NCBI GenBank assembly: GCA_035437825.1
Contig: DAOMYX010000009.1
Coordinates: forward strand, 952-64,951
Origin: Alphaproteobacteria bacterium
Lineage (GTDB): Bacteria > Pseudomonadota > Alphaproteobacteria > Micavibrionales > UBA2020
Direction of reading: 5' to 3'
DNA: 64,000 bases
Shown: piece after piece, positions 9,394 to 20,081 of the stretch
How positions within the stretch are numbered: the stretch's first letter is position 1
Layout: each line of letters begins with the position of its first letter
The notes under the pieces: model-generated
The model's database searches: none
What the model saw: the letters and a program-made list of their open reading frames with translations, nothing else
Told to the model about the DNA's origin: nothing
Position numbers and translations under genes: made by a program

Positions 9394-10457
9394 TGCCTGC
9401 ATATCTTCCGCAAAAAATGCTTGAATGGTTTCCGTGGCTCGCCTCGGAATTCTTCGTGCTTTACGTCTGGCCGGTGGTGGGCATCAGCCTTGCCATTCTG
9501 GCGCTGGTTGTGCCGCTGATTGTGGCTATGGCTTATCTGACATACGCCGAACGTAAAGTGCTGGCCGCGATGCAGCTGCGTCAGGGGCCGATGATGGTCG
9601 GGCCGTTTGGCCTGCTGCAACCGCTTGCGGACGGCCTTAAACTGCTGGGCAAGGAAACGATTATTCCGCGCGGCGCGAACCGTTTCATTTTCGTGATGGC
9701 GCCGATGCTGACCTTTATGCTGGCGCTTGTTGCGTGGGCGGTCATTCCGGTCAATGCGGGCTGGGTGCTGGCGGATATCAACGTGGGCATCCTATACCTT
9801 TTTGCCATTTCTTCGCTGGGCGTTTACGGCATTTTGATGGCAGGCTGGGCTTCCAACTCCCGCTATGCCTTCCTTGGGGGATTGCGCAGTGCGGCGCAGA
9901 TGGTTTCTTACGAAGTTTCCATCGGTCTTGTGCTGGTTACGGTTTTGCTGACCACCGGTTCGCTCAACCTGACGGATATCGTTATGGCGGAGCGCCCGTT
10001 CTGGGTTGACCTGCTGCTGTTCCCGATGTTCATCGTATTTGTGATTTCGGCGCTGGCCGAAACCAACCGTGCGCCGTTCGACTTGCCGGAAGGCGAGTCC
10101 GAGCTGGTCGGCGGCTATAACGTCGAATATTCGTCCATGACCTTCGCCCTGTTTTTCCTTGGCGAATACATGAACATGATTTTGATGTCGGGCATGACGG
10201 CTGTGCTGTTCATGGGCGGCTGGCTGCCGCCGTTCGGTATCGAAGCGCTGGCGGCTGTGCCGGGTGTGATTTGGTTCGCGCTCAAGGTCTGCTTTGTGCT
10301 GTTCATCTTCCTTTGGGCGCGCGCGACGCTGCCGCGTTACCGCTATGACCAGCTGATGCGTCTGGGCTGGAAAGTCTTCCTGCCGTTGACGCTTTTGTGG
10401 GTGGTCGTTGTGGCCGGTGCCCTTTTGTACAACAACGCCTTGCCAGGGATGGAATAA
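9390..10457 (+). CDS. nuoH: NADH-quinone oxidoreductase subunit H
   Basis: ND1 homologue: [31 protein letters not shown]. The GTG 9390 / ATG 9393 start overlaps the nuoG stop. Confidence 0.95.
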   Translation: MMPAYLPQKMLEWFPWLASEFFVLYVWPVVGISLAILALVVPLIVAMAYLTYAERKVLAAMQLRQGPMMVGPFGLLQPLADGLKLLGKETIIPRGANRFIFVMAPMLTFMLALVAWAVIPVNAGWVLADINVGILYLFAISSLGVYGILMAGWASNSRYAFLGGLRSAAQMVSYEVSIGLVLVTVLLTTGSLNLTDIVMAERPFWVDLLLFPMFIVFVISALAETNRAPFDLPEGESELVGGYNVEYSSMTFALFFLGEYMNMILMSGMTAVLFMGGWLPPFGIEALAAVPGVIWFALKVCFVLFIFLWARATLPRYRYDQLMRLGWKVFLPLTLLWVVVVAGALLYNNALPGME

Positions 10458-10460
10458 CCC

Positions 10461-10949
10461 ATGTCGTTTCTTGACCAAACCGCGCGCGGCTTTTTGATGA
10501 CCGAGCTTGTGAAGGGCTTCACCCTGACGCTGAAATATATGTTCAAGCCGAAGGTGACTATCAACTACCCCTTCGAAAAAGGTCCCATCAGTCCGCGTTT
10601 CCGCGGCGAACACGCGCTGCGCCGCTATCCGAACGGCGAAGAACGCTGCATCGCCTGCAAATTGTGCGAAGCGATTTGCCCCGCGCAGGCTATCACCATC
10701 GAAGCGGAGCCGCGCGATGACGGCAGCCGCCGCACCACGCGCTATGACATCGACATGACAAAATGCATTTACTGCGGCCTGTGCCAAGAGGCTTGCCCCG
10801 TCGATGCCATTGTCGAGGGGCCGAATTTCGAATTCGCCACCGAAACGCGCGAAGAGCTTTATTACAACAAACAAAAGCTGCTGGATAACGGCGACCGCTG
10901 GGAAGCGCAGATTGCCGCGAACCTCGAAGCGGACGCGCCGTACAGATAA
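10461..10949 (+). CDS. nuoI: NADH-quinone oxidoreductase subunit I
   Basis: Two 4Fe-4S ferredoxin motifs: [12 protein letters not shown] and [12 protein letters not shown]. Confidence 0.97.
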   Translation: MSFLDQTARGFLMTELVKGFTLTLKYMFKPKVTINYPFEKGPISPRFRGEHALRRYPNGEERCIACKLCEAICPAQAITIEAEPRDDGSRRTTRYDIDMTKCIYCGLCQEACPVDAIVEGPNFEFATETREELYYNKQKLLDNGDRWEAQIAANLEADAPYR

Positions 10950-10960
10950 GGACGATAGAA

Positions 10961-11578
10961 ATGATAGAAGCGATTTTCTTTTACGCCTTCGCCGCGGTGC
11001 TGCTACTCAGCGCCGTCATGGTGATTTCGGCGCGCAACCCGGTGCATTCTGTATTGTTCCTTATTCTTGCGTTTTTCAACGCGGCGGGGCTGTTCGTCAT
11101 GCTAGGGGCTGAATTCATCGCGATGATTTTGGTCATCGTGTATGTGGGGGCGGTTGCCGTCTTGTTCCTGTTCGTGGTGATGATGCTGGACATCGATTTC
11201 AACGAACTGCGGCGCGGTATGAAGCAAAGCGCGCCCATCGGCGCACTGGTCGGCGGCATTCTTTTGGGGGAATTCGTCTGGATGTACCTGACGTGGCCGG
11301 AGCTGGCACCTGATATGCAGGAAAAAATATCACAGCCGATGCCGCATGCGGAGGCCGTGAGCAATACCCACGCGCTCGGCCGTATCCTTTACACCGATTA
11401 CGTCTATCTGTTCCAGCTGGCCGGTCTTATTCTGCTGGTGGCGATGATTGGCGCGATTGTCCTGACGCTGCGCAGCCGCCCGGGTTTGCGCCGCCAGAGC
11501 GTATCCGCGCAGGTCAGCCGCAACCCGAAAGACGTGCTCAAAGTCGAAAAAATCTCAACCGGTTCGGGAGTGTCCTGA
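10961..11578 (+). CDS. nuoJ: NADH-quinone oxidoreductase subunit J
   Basis: ND6-like hydrophobic protein in the expected operon position. Confidence 0.9.
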   Translation: MIEAIFFYAFAAVLLLSAVMVISARNPVHSVLFLILAFFNAAGLFVMLGAEFIAMILVIVYVGAVAVLFLFVVMMLDIDFNELRRGMKQSAPIGALVGGILLGEFVWMYLTWPELAPDMQEKISQPMPHAEAVSNTHALGRILYTDYVYLFQLAGLILLVAMIGAIVLTLRSRPGLRRQSVSAQVSRNPKDVLKVEKISTGSGVS

Positions 11579-11579
11579 T

Positions 11580-11891
11580 ATGTGGGAAATTGGCATTACG
11601 CATTTTCTGGTGCTTTCGGCCATGCTGTTCACGCTGGGCGTTTTCGGCATCTTCCTCAACCGCCGCAACGTCATCGTTATTTTGATGTCGATTGAACTGA
11701 TTTTGCTGTCGGTCACCGTGAACCTTGTCACGTTTTCCGCGCATTTGGAAGATTTGGCGGGGCAGGTGTTTTCGATGTTCATTCTGACCGTCGCGGCGGC
11801 AGAGGCGGCTATCGGTCTTGCCATCCTCGTCGTCTTCTTCCGCAACAAATCGTCGATTGCTGTCGAAGACATCAGCACGCTCAAAGGTTAA
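11580..11891 (+). CDS. nuoK: NADH-quinone oxidoreductase subunit K
   Basis: 103-aa, three-TM ND4L homologue ([16 protein letters not shown]). Confidence 0.93.
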   Translation: MWEIGITHFLVLSAMLFTLGVFGIFLNRRNVIVILMSIELILLSVTVNLVTFSAHLEDLAGQVFSMFILTVAAAEAAIGLAILVVFFRNKSSIAVEDISTLKG

Positions 11892-11925
11892 ACGATAAAA
11901 AGAACGCCCAAAGGGGTTAACGGAC

Positions 11926-13857
11926 ATGGAATATATCGCAGTTTTATCGCCGCTGGTCGGCGCGCTGGTGGCGGGCCTTTTCGGCAAGCAGATTGGCGAC
12001 AAAGGCGCGCAGTTCATTACCTGCGGCCTGATGGTGGCGGCGTCCATCGCGGCCGTCATGCTGCTGCGTGATGTGAACTTCGGCGGCGCGCCGCGCACGG
12101 TGGAGCTGTTCACATGGATTTCTTCCGGCGATTTGAACGTCAAATGGGCGCTGCGTTTCGACCAGCTTTCAGCCGTTATGGGGGTAGTCATCACGCTGGT
12201 ATCGACGGCGGTGCATATCTATTCCGTCGGCTACATGCACCATGACCCGGCGCAGGCGCGTTTCATGTCGTACCTGAGCCTTTTTACCTTTGCGATGCTG
12301 ATGCTGGTAACGGCAGACAACTTCGTACAGCTGTTCTTCGGCTGGGAAGGGGTGGGGCTTGCGTCCTATCTGCTTATCGGTTTTTGGAACCAGAAAGACA
12401 GCGCGAATGCCGCTGCCATCAAGGCCTTTGTCATGAACCGCATCGGCGACTTCGGCCTTGCACTCGGCATCTTCGCTGTGTTCCTGACCTTTGGTACGCT
12501 GAATTTCGATGCGGTCTTCGCGCAAATGGCGGACAAGGCCGACAGCTACAGCGAATTCCTCGGCTATCATGTCCATACGCTCAGCCTTATCGGCATTCTG
12601 CTGTTCATCGGCGCGATGGGTAAATCGGCGCAGCTGGGTCTGCATACCTGGCTGCCTGACGCGATGGAGGGGCCGACGCCCGTATCCGCGCTTATCCACG
12701 CGGCCACCATGGTCACCGCCGGCGTGTTCCTTGTTGCACGCATGTCGCCGCTTTATGAATTTACGCCGGAAATCCGCGAGTTTATTGCGGTCATCGGCGC
12801 CTGCACGGCTTTTGTCGCCGCGTCTATCGCGCTGACGCAGTTCGACATCAAGCGCGTGATTGCCTATTCGACCATGAGCCAGCTGGGCTATATGTTCTTC
12901 GCCCTTGGCGTATCGGCCTATAGCGCGGCGATGTTCCACCTTTTCACGCACGCGTTTTTCAAGGCGCTTTTGTTCCTTGGCGCGGGCTCTGTCATCCATG
13001 CCATGTCGGACGAACAGGACATGCGCAAAATGGGCGGCATCGCCAAGCATATCAAATTCACCTACGCGATGATGTGGATTGGCAACTTGGCGCTTGCCGG
13101 TGTGCCGGTTTTTGCGGGTTACTATTCCAAGGATATGATTTTGGAATCCGCCTTTGCGGCGCATAGCACCGTCGGCACGTTCGCTTTCTGGGTGGGTATC
13201 GCCGCTGCATTCATGACGGCGTTCTATTCTTGGCGTTTGCTGTTCATGACATTCCACGGCAAGCCGCGCGCGAGCGAGAAAGTCATGGACCATGTGCATG
13301 AATCACCCGTGATTATGACTGTGCCGCTGGCATTCCTCGCTGTCGGTGCGGTCGCGGCGGGTATGGTTTTTGCGCCTTATTTCGTCGGCGAGATGCGCGG
13401 CGAATTCTGGGGCGCCGCCATTCAGGTATTTGAAGAAAACGATACTGTCGCCCATGCGCACCATGTGCCGCAGTGGGTGAAACTGGCGCCGCTGGTGGCG
13501 GGCGTGAGCGGTATTTTGCTGGCTTTCGTCTTTTACATGCGCGCGCTGCATTGGCCTGCGGCGGTTGCCGGCTGCTTCAGCCGCCTGCATGCGTTTTTGT
13601 TCAACAAATGGTATTTCGACGAGCTTTACACCAAAATCGGTGTGAAGCCTTCGTTCTCGCTCGGCCGTTTCTTCTGGAAGAAGGGGGACGCCGCGACCAT
13701 CGACCGCCTTGGCCCCGACGGGGTATCGGCGGCTATCGTCAAGGCTTCGGTCAAGGCGCGCGAGCTGCAAAGCGGTTATATCTATCACTATGCCTTTGCC
13801 ATGTTGATTGGGGTGGTGGCGGTTGTCTCCCTCTACATCTACAAGGTATTCGGTTAA
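11926..13857 (+). CDS. nuoL: NADH-quinone oxidoreductase subunit L
   Basis: ND5 homologue: FFGWEGVGLASYLLIGFW, GKSAQLGLHTWLPDAMEGPTPVSALIHAATMV. Confidence 0.96.
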   Translation: MEYIAVLSPLVGALVAGLFGKQIGDKGAQFITCGLMVAASIAAVMLLRDVNFGGAPRTVELFTWISSGDLNVKWALRFDQLSAVMGVVITLVSTAVHIYSVGYMHHDPAQARFMSYLSLFTFAMLMLVTADNFVQLFFGWEGVGLASYLLIGFWNQKDSANAAAIKAFVMNRIGDFGLALGIFAVFLTFGTLNFDAVFAQMADKADSYSEFLGYHVHTLSLIGILLFIGAMGKSAQLGLHTWLPDAMEGPTPVSALIHAATMVTAGVFLVARMSPLYEFTPEIREFIAVIGACTAFVAASIALTQFDIKRVIAYSTMSQLGYMFFALGVSAYSAAMFHLFTHAFFKALLFLGAGSVIHAMSDEQDMRKMGGIAKHIKFTYAMMWIGNLALAGVPVFAGYYSKDMILESAFAAHSTVGTFAFWVGIAAAFMTAFYSWRLLFMTFHGKPRASEKVMDHVHESPVIMTVPLAFLAVGAVAAGMVFAPYFVGEMRGEFWGAAIQVFEENDTVAHAHHVPQWVKLAPLVAGVSGILLAFVFYMRALHWPAAVAGCFSRLHAFLFNKWYFDELYTKIGVKPSFSLGRFFWKKGDAATIDRLGPDGVSAAIVKASVKARELQSGYIYHYAFAMLIGVVAVVSLYIYKVFG

Positions 13858-13869
13858 GGAAACGGAATC

Positions 13870-15435
13870 ATGATTACTTTCCCCATCCTGTCGCTTGTGA
13901 CGTTCCTGCCGCTGGTCGGTGTGCTGTTTTTGCTGTTTATACGCGGCAACGATGAAACGGTGGCACGCAACGCGCGCGCAACGGCGCTTTTGACATCCAT
14001 CTTCACCTTCGCCTTGTCGCTCTATATGTACGCGCATTTCGACAAGACAAGTTCCGAATTCCAGTTCGTGGAGCAGATGTCGTGGCTACCCGGGCTTGAT
14101 ATCAATTATAAAATGGGTATCGACGGCATTTCCGTTTTCTTCGTGCTGCTGTCCGCGTTTCTGACGCCGATTTGCATCCTCGCCAGCTGGGAATCCATCA
14201 CCAGCCGCGTGAAGGAATACATGATTTCCTTCCTGCTTTTGGAAACCATGATGATTGGCATGTTCTGTGCGCTCGACCTTGTGCTTTTCTATGTCTTCTT
14301 CGAAGCGGTTCTTATCCCCATGTTCGTCATCATCGGCGTGTGGGGCGGGTCGCGCCGGGTTTATGCGTCGTTCAAATTCTTTCTCTACACGCTGCTCGGC
14401 TCTGTCTTGATGCTTATCGCCATTCTGGCGCTGTACCGCACGTTCAACACCACCGACATCATCCTGCTGACGCAGGTCGGCGTGCCGGAAATGATGCAGA
14501 AATGGATTTGGCTGGCCTTCCTCGCATCTTTCGCGGTCAAGGTGCCGATGTGGCCGGTGCATACCTGGCTTCCCGATGCGCACGTCGAGGCGCCGACGGC
14601 GGGCTCCGTCATTCTGGCGGGCGTGCTTTTGAAAATGGGCGGTTATGGTTTTCTGCGTTTGTCGCTGCCGATTTTGCCCGAAGCCTCCGCGTACTTTACC
14701 CCGATGATTTTCACCCTCAGCGTGATTGCGGTGGTTTATACCTCGCTCGTCGCGCTGGTGCAGGAAGACATGAAGAAGCTGATTGCCTATTCATCCGTCG
14801 CGCACATGGGTTTTGTCACGCTGGGTATTTTCACGTTTAACCAGCAAGGTCTTGAAGGCGCGATGTTCCAGATGCTGTCGCACGGCGTGGTTTCAGCCGC
14901 GCTGTTCCTTTGCGTTGGTGTGGTTTACGACCGTCTGCATACACGCGAAATCGCGCGCTATGGCGGGCTGGTTAAAAACATGCCGCGTTATGCGGCGGTG
15001 TTTATGCTGTTTACCATGGCCTCGGTCGGTTTGCCGGGCACCAGCGGTTTTGTGGGTGAATTCCTTGTTCTGGCCGGCATGTGGCAGGCCAGCACGCTTT
15101 TCACCTTCATCGCTGCGACGGGTGTGGTTCTGGGGGCGGCCTATATGCTGTTCCTTTACCGCCGCGTGGTGTTTGGGGAACTGAACAAGCCGGATGTAAA
15201 GGCTATGAAAGACATCAACCTGCGCGAACTGTCGATTTTTGCGCCGCTGGTGGTTTTGGTGCTGTGGATGGGGGTTTATCCCTCCAGCGTCATTGCCCCG
15301 ATGGCGCCGTCTTTGACGCGCGTTCTCGACCAATATCATGCGCGTGTCACCCATAAAACGGCCATGACACCCGTTATTCAAAAAACCGCCGCGCCCGCCG
15401 AAGAAGCCGCCGGTGAGGGAGAGGCACAACAATGA
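13870..15435 (+). CDS. nuoM: NADH-quinone oxidoreductase subunit M
   Basis: ND4 homologue: [38 protein letters not shown]. Confidence 0.96.
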   Translation: MITFPILSLVTFLPLVGVLFLLFIRGNDETVARNARATALLTSIFTFALSLYMYAHFDKTSSEFQFVEQMSWLPGLDINYKMGIDGISVFFVLLSAFLTPICILASWESITSRVKEYMISFLLLETMMIGMFCALDLVLFYVFFEAVLIPMFVIIGVWGGSRRVYASFKFFLYTLLGSVLMLIAILALYRTFNTTDIILLTQVGVPEMMQKWIWLAFLASFAVKVPMWPVHTWLPDAHVEAPTAGSVILAGVLLKMGGYGFLRLSLPILPEASAYFTPMIFTLSVIAVVYTSLVALVQEDMKKLIAYSSVAHMGFVTLGIFTFNQQGLEGAMFQMLSHGVVSAALFLCVGVVYDRLHTREIARYGGLVKNMPRYAAVFMLFTMASVGLPGTSGFVGEFLVLAGMWQASTLFTFIAATGVVLGAAYMLFLYRRVVFGELNKPDVKAMKDINLRELSIFAPLVVLVLWMGVYPSSVIAPMAPSLTRVLDQYHARVTHKTAMTPVIQKTAAPAEEAAGEGEAQQ

Positions 15436-16886
15436 GACCCTTCGAAGCCCCTGCGCTGACGCCAGCATTTCCGGAAATTTTCCTCGGGCTGGTTACGCTA
15501 TTTCTCATCATTCTCGGTGTTGCCCGCAAGGATGAAGACAACACCACAGTCACCAATTTCAGCATCTTTGCGCTGATTGCCGTCGCGGCTGTGATGTTCC
15601 GCTTCAGTCATGAAACGTTCAGCACCTTCAACGGCATGTTCGTGACGGACGGTTTTGCCGTTTACATGAAAATACTTATTCTGCTCGGCTCCGCTGTCAC
15701 GATTTTCATGTCGGCGCGCTATGTCGAAAACCAGCGTATGGCGCGGTTTGAATATCCGGTGCTTATTCTGTTCTCGACGCTCGGCATGATGCTGATGACC
15801 TCGGCGAATGACCTGATATCGCTTTATATGGCTTTGGAGCTGCAAAGCTTGCCGCTTTACGTTCTCGCCGCCATGCGCCGCGACAGTGTGAAATCGACGG
15901 AGGCGGGGCTGAAATACTTCGTCCTCGGCGCTTTGTCTTCGGGCATGCTGCTTTATGGCTCGTCTCTGATTTACGGCTATACCGGCGCGACGAATTTCAA
16001 CGACATCGCCGCTGCGCTCACCACACATGAATTCCTGCCGGTCGGTGTTGTAACGGGCATGGTTCTGCTGCTTTCCGGTTTTGCCTTCAAGGTTGCGGCT
16101 GTGCCGTTCCACATGTGGACGCCGGACGTGTACGAAGGTGCCCCCACATCTGTGACCGCGTTTTTCGCGATTGTGCCCAAAATGGCTTCGCTCGCCCTGA
16201 TGGTGCGCGTGTTCATGGGGCCGTTCGAGCCGATGGTCGATGAATGGCGTCAGGTTGTGGTCTTGCTGGCCGTCGCCTCGATGGCGCTGGGCGGTATTGC
16301 CGCGATTGCGCAGCAGAATATCAAGCGGATGCTTGCCTATAGTTCCATCGGCCACATGGGCTATGCCCTCGGCGGTATTGCCGCGGCCAGCGAACCGGGT
16401 ATCAAGGCTGTCATTATCTATGTCACTATTTATATGATGACCAGCATAGGCACCTTCGCGATTGTGCTGATGATGAAACAAAAAGACCGCATGGTCGAAA
16501 ACATCCGCGACCTTTCGGGTCTGGCGTCGCGCCAGCCGATGATTGCGCTCAGCATGGCGATTATGATGTTCTCCATGGCGGGCATTCCGCCGCTGGCAGG
16601 TTTTTTCAGCAAGCTGTTCATCTTTCAGGCGGCGATTGATGCGGGGCTTTACGGTCTTGTGTTCATGGGTGTGATTACCTCGGTCATTTCCGCCTTCTAT
16701 TACCTGCGTATCGTCAAAATCATGTATTTCGACGCCGCGCCCGACGAAGGCATCGACCCCGCGACGGATGGCCGATTGAACGCTGTTCTGGCGGTATCTT
16801 CGGTTGCGGTCGTTCTGTTCATCGTCATCCCTGTGCCTATTCTGGGCGCGGCGGGGACGGCGGCGGCGACGCTGTTCAGTCGATGA
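15432..16886 (+). CDS. nuoN: NADH-quinone oxidoreductase subunit N
   Basis: ND2 homologue: [29 protein letters not shown] overlap with nuoM. Confidence 0.96.
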   Translation: MRPFEAPALTPAFPEIFLGLVTLFLIILGVARKDEDNTTVTNFSIFALIAVAAVMFRFSHETFSTFNGMFVTDGFAVYMKILILLGSAVTIFMSARYVENQRMARFEYPVLILFSTLGMMLMTSANDLISLYMALELQSLPLYVLAAMRRDSVKSTEAGLKYFVLGALSSGMLLYGSSLIYGYTGATNFNDIAAALTTHEFLPVGVVTGMVLLLSGFAFKVAAVPFHMWTPDVYEGAPTSVTAFFAIVPKMASLALMVRVFMGPFEPMVDEWRQVVVLLAVASMALGGIAAIAQQNIKRMLAYSSIGHMGYALGGIAAASEPGIKAVIIYVTIYMMTSIGTFAIVLMMKQKDRMVENIRDLSGLASRQPMIALSMAIMMFSMAGIPPLAGFFSKLFIFQAAIDAGLYGLVFMGVITSVISAFYYLRIVKIMYFDAAPDEGIDPATDGRLNAVLAVSSVAVVLFIVIPVPILGAAGTAAATLFSR

Positions 16887-17629
16887 TGACGGCGACGATA
16901 TCCGCCGATATACCTGCCATTACCGTGCTTGAAACCACGGGCAGCACGAATGACGATGCGAAAGAACTGGCGCGGGCGGGCGCAGCCGAGGGGACAGTCG
17001 TCCACGCGCTGCGTCAGACCGCAGGCCGTGGGCGGCAGGGCAATCACTGGATGTCCGAAGCCGGTAATCTTTACATGAGTATGATATTACGCCCGAACGT
17101 CAGCGCCGCCGATAGCGGGCAGCTGTCGTTTCTTGCGGCCGTCGCGCTGGCGCAAACGGTGCAGGTGCTCTTGCCGCCGGGCAGCGATGTCGCGCTCAAA
17201 TGGCCGAACGACGTCCTGATTGGCGGACGCAAAGCCGCCGGTATTTTGCTCGAGGCTGAAAGCGCGGCGCAATCCGCAGGACCTGAATGGCTGGTGCTGG
17301 GCATGGGGCTCAACCTGATGCACGCACCCGATGGTGCGGTCAGCCTGCAATCTGCTGGGGCGGACGATGTCGATGTTACGCGCGCGCGCGACATGCTGGT
17401 GGGAAATGTGCTGGCGCTTTACCGCCGCTGGCAGCGCGAGGGTTTCGCCGCTATCCGCAGTGCATGGCTGGAGCGTGCGGCGCATCTTGGAAAAAACATC
17501 CGCGTACGTTTGCCGTCCGAAGAATTTACCGCTGTATTCGACGGTATCGACGCGCGCGGCGCACTTGAAGTGACGATGGCGGGCGGCGCGAAGCGCGTTA
17601 TCGCCTCCGGAGAGGTATTTGCAATATGA
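16883..17629 (+). CDS. birA: biotin--[acetyl-CoA-carboxylase] ligase, catalytic-only type without an HTH domain
   Basis: GRGRQGNHW biotin-binding motif and KWPNDVL. At 248 aa there is no N-terminal repressor domain. Start overlaps the nuoN stop. Confidence 0.9.
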   Translation: MMTATISADIPAITVLETTGSTNDDAKELARAGAAEGTVVHALRQTAGRGRQGNHWMSEAGNLYMSMILRPNVSAADSGQLSFLAAVALAQTVQVLLPPGSDVALKWPNDVLIGGRKAAGILLEAESAAQSAGPEWLVLGMGLNLMHAPDGAVSLQSAGADDVDVTRARDMLVGNVLALYRRWQREGFAAIRSAWLERAAHLGKNIRVRLPSEEFTAVFDGIDARGALEVTMAGGAKRVIASGEVFAI

Positions 17630-19332
17630 ACACGAATAAAAACGACAAAAAAATCATGCCGCCCGATTTCAAAATGAAACCGGATGCGCTTTATCTGGTG
17701 CCGCTCGGCGGCTGCGGTTTTTTTGGCGCGAATATGGCGCTTTACGGCTGCAACGATAAATGGATTATGATTGATTGCGGTATGGGCTTTGCCGATGAAA
17801 CCATGCCGGGCGTGGATATTTTGCTGCCTGACCCGTCATTCGCGACATCGTTGGGTGACCGCCTTCTGGGTGTTATTTTCACCCATGCGCATGAAGACCA
17901 TATCGGTGCGATTGAACATCTCTGGCCGCGTATCAAAAAACCGCTATACGCAACGCCGTTCACCGCCGCGCGTATCCGTCAGGATTTGCTGGAACAAAGC
18001 TGGGGCACGCAAGCAAAGCTGCACGAAGTTGCCCCCAAAAAGCCGCTGGTGCTGGGGCCTTTCACCATCCGTTTCATCGACGTTGCCCATTCGATACCGG
18101 AAGCGCAGGCGCTGGCGATTACGGCGGCAGGTGTCGGCACGGTTTTGCACACAGGTGACTGGAAAATCGACGCTGCCCCCGTTGTGGGCAAGCTGACGGA
18201 TGAAGCCGCGCTGCGCGCGCTGGGCGACGAAGGCGTTTTAGCGCTGGTGGGGGATTCCACGAACGCCATGGTGCCGGGCCATTCCGGTTCGGAACAAACA
18301 GTGCGCGACAATCTGGCTGAACTGTTCGGGGAATTTTCCGGCGCGATTGTTATCAGCTGTTTTTCAACTAACGTTGCGCGTGTGCACAGCATTTATCACG
18401 CGGCGCAGAAATGCGGACGGCAGGTTTGCCTTGTCGGGCGCTCTCTCTGGGCGGTCGAAGAAGCGGCGCGCGACAGCGGGTATATGAACGGCCTGCCGAT
18501 GTTTCTGGATGGCGATATCGCGCGGCGTTTGCCGGCGGAAAAACTGGTTTATGTCTGCACAGGCTCGCAAGGGGAGCCGCGCGCGGCGCTGGCGCGCATA
18601 TCCAACGACGACCATCCGGATGTCAGTCTGGCGCCGGGGGATGTGGTTATTTTCTCTTCCCGCACCATTCCGGGGAACGAGCGGGCGATTGAGCGCATCA
18701 AAAACCGCCTTTATGCCCTCGGCGTAGATATCGTGACGGAGCGCGAGGCGCCTGTGCATGTTTCCGGCCACCCGTATCGCGACGAGCTCAAACAGATGTA
18801 CGCATGGGTGCGCCCGCGCTTCGCTATCCCCGTGCATGGCGAGCGCATGCAAATGGAAAAACACGGCCTTCTGGCGCGCGAATGTGGTGTGGATGACGCT
18901 ATCGTGCCCGAAAACGGCAAGGTGATTGAAATCTCCGCGGCGTCTTTGAAGGTCATTGGCGATGTGAAATCCGGCGTGCTGGCTATCGAAGGCAAACGTA
19001 TCGTCGAGACAAACCACGAAGCCATTCTGGCGCGCAAGCGCATCATGTGGAACGGCAGCCTTGTTGTGACCGCAGTCGTAAGTGCGGGCGGAGATTTGCT
19101 CGCGCCGGTGCAAATCACCGCGCTGGGTCTTTTGGATGAAAATAGCGATTTGGATACCGGATATATCGACGATGTAATTGCCGAAGTGGGCGAGAAAGTG
19201 CGTAATCTTTCCAAAGAAGACCGCCGCGATGATAATATTTTGTCCGAAGCCATCCGCGTGACAGCGCGCCGTTTCTTTGCCGAACGTTTTGACCGTAAGC
19301 CGCAAACGCGCGTGCATCTGGTGCGGGTGTAA
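17626..19332 (+). CDS. rnj: ribonuclease J (metallo-beta-lactamase / beta-CASP family)
   Basis: HAHEDHIG metallo-beta-lactamase motif, about 560 aa, conserved position after nuoN-birA in alphaproteobacteria. Start overlaps the birA stop. Confidence 0.88.
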   Translation: MNTNKNDKKIMPPDFKMKPDALYLVPLGGCGFFGANMALYGCNDKWIMIDCGMGFADETMPGVDILLPDPSFATSLGDRLLGVIFTHAHEDHIGAIEHLWPRIKKPLYATPFTAARIRQDLLEQSWGTQAKLHEVAPKKPLVLGPFTIRFIDVAHSIPEAQALAITAAGVGTVLHTGDWKIDAAPVVGKLTDEAALRALGDEGVLALVGDSTNAMVPGHSGSEQTVRDNLAELFGEFSGAIVISCFSTNVARVHSIYHAAQKCGRQVCLVGRSLWAVEEAARDSGYMNGLPMFLDGDIARRLPAEKLVYVCTGSQGEPRAALARISNDDHPDVSLAPGDVVIFSSRTIPGNERAIERIKNRLYALGVDIVTEREAPVHVSGHPYRDELKQMYAWVRPRFAIPVHGERMQMEKHGLLARECGVDDAIVPENGKVIEISAASLKVIGDVKSGVLAIEGKRIVETNHEAILARKRIMWNGSLVVTAVVSAGGDLLAPVQITALGLLDENSDLDTGYIDDVIAEVGEKVRNLSKEDRRDDNILSEAIRVTARRFFAERFDRKPQTRVHLVRV

Positions 19333-19336
19333 TGTC

Positions 19337-19594
19337 ATGTCCCTGCTGTATGCTTTTTTTATCTATCTGCTGATTTGGTGGGTGCTGCTGTTCACCATAC
19401 TGCCGCTGGGGGTAGAGCGTCACGCCGAAGACGGCAAGGGGTTTGACAGCGGGGCACCCAAATTCGCGAATATCCGCAAAAAACTTATCTGGAACACCAT
19501 CCTTTCCGCCGTGGTGCTGGCGATTATATGGGTTTTGGTTGAAATCGATGTCATTCGCTGGCGTGAATGGTTTGATGCGGGAGGAACACCATGA
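19337..19594 (+). CDS. DUF1467-family small membrane protein
   Basis: MSLLYAFFIYLLIWWVLLFTILPLGV... matches my recollection of DUF1467 proteins that follow the nuo cluster in alphaproteobacteria. ATG 19337 is preferred over the track start at 19277, which overlaps rnj. Confidence 0.75.
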   Translation: MSLLYAFFIYLLIWWVLLFTILPLGVERHAEDGKGFDSGAPKFANIRKKLIWNTILSAVVLAIIWVLVEIDVIRWREWFDAGGTP

Positions 19595-20049
19595 GATTTT
19601 TTGTTTTTGCTGTCGCCGTGTTTTTCAGCGCGCCTGCATTTGCGCAGACAGTGGTGCTGGACGATGCCGCTTGCCGCGCGATAACGGCGCATGTGCCGGA
19701 CAGCGGCGTTGAATATCAGCCGGGCGTCGATGTGCACGGCAAGCCGGTTGTCGAGGCTGACCTGAACCCGTCGCCCATTAAAATGCCCGAAACCATCCGC
19801 TTTACAATCACGGTTGATACCATGAAATACGCCGGCATTGCCGTGCCAGCGGGTGTCGAGGGTAAAGCCGCGATAGGCGAAGTGGAAATTGGCAAGGACG
19901 GGCGCATGCTGTTCAACGGCGCGCCGATGGAAGGCGAGGCAGAAGCTGCCTTGCGTGCCCTTTGCAAAGACAAAACGCCTGAAAAACAAGGGTATAACCG
20001 GCAAAACGGCGGGCTTCTAAAATACCCCGCCGATGCTTATAATCGCTAG
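19591..20049 (+). CDS. hypothetical periplasmic protein
   Basis: Signal peptide MRFFVFAVAVFFSAPAFAQ. ATGA overlap with the DUF1467 gene. No family recognised. Confidence 0.65.
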   Translation: MRFFVFAVAVFFSAPAFAQTVVLDDAACRAITAHVPDSGVEYQPGVDVHGKPVVEADLNPSPIKMPETIRFTITVDTMKYAGIAVPAGVEGKAAIGEVEIGKDGRMLFNGAPMEGEAEAALRALCKDKTPEKQGYNRQNGGLLKYPADAYNR

Positions 20050-20081
20050 GTTTCATTATTTACCGCAAACGGACGTACATC

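Noticed and set aside
3865-9402. Three long minus-strand ORFs (3865-5256, 5873-7360, 7228-9402; 463-724 aa)
   Set aside because: Each mirrors nuoD, nuoF or nuoG, whose sense frames carry unmistakable cofactor-binding motifs. The antisense products are Arg/Ala/His-rich with no motifs.
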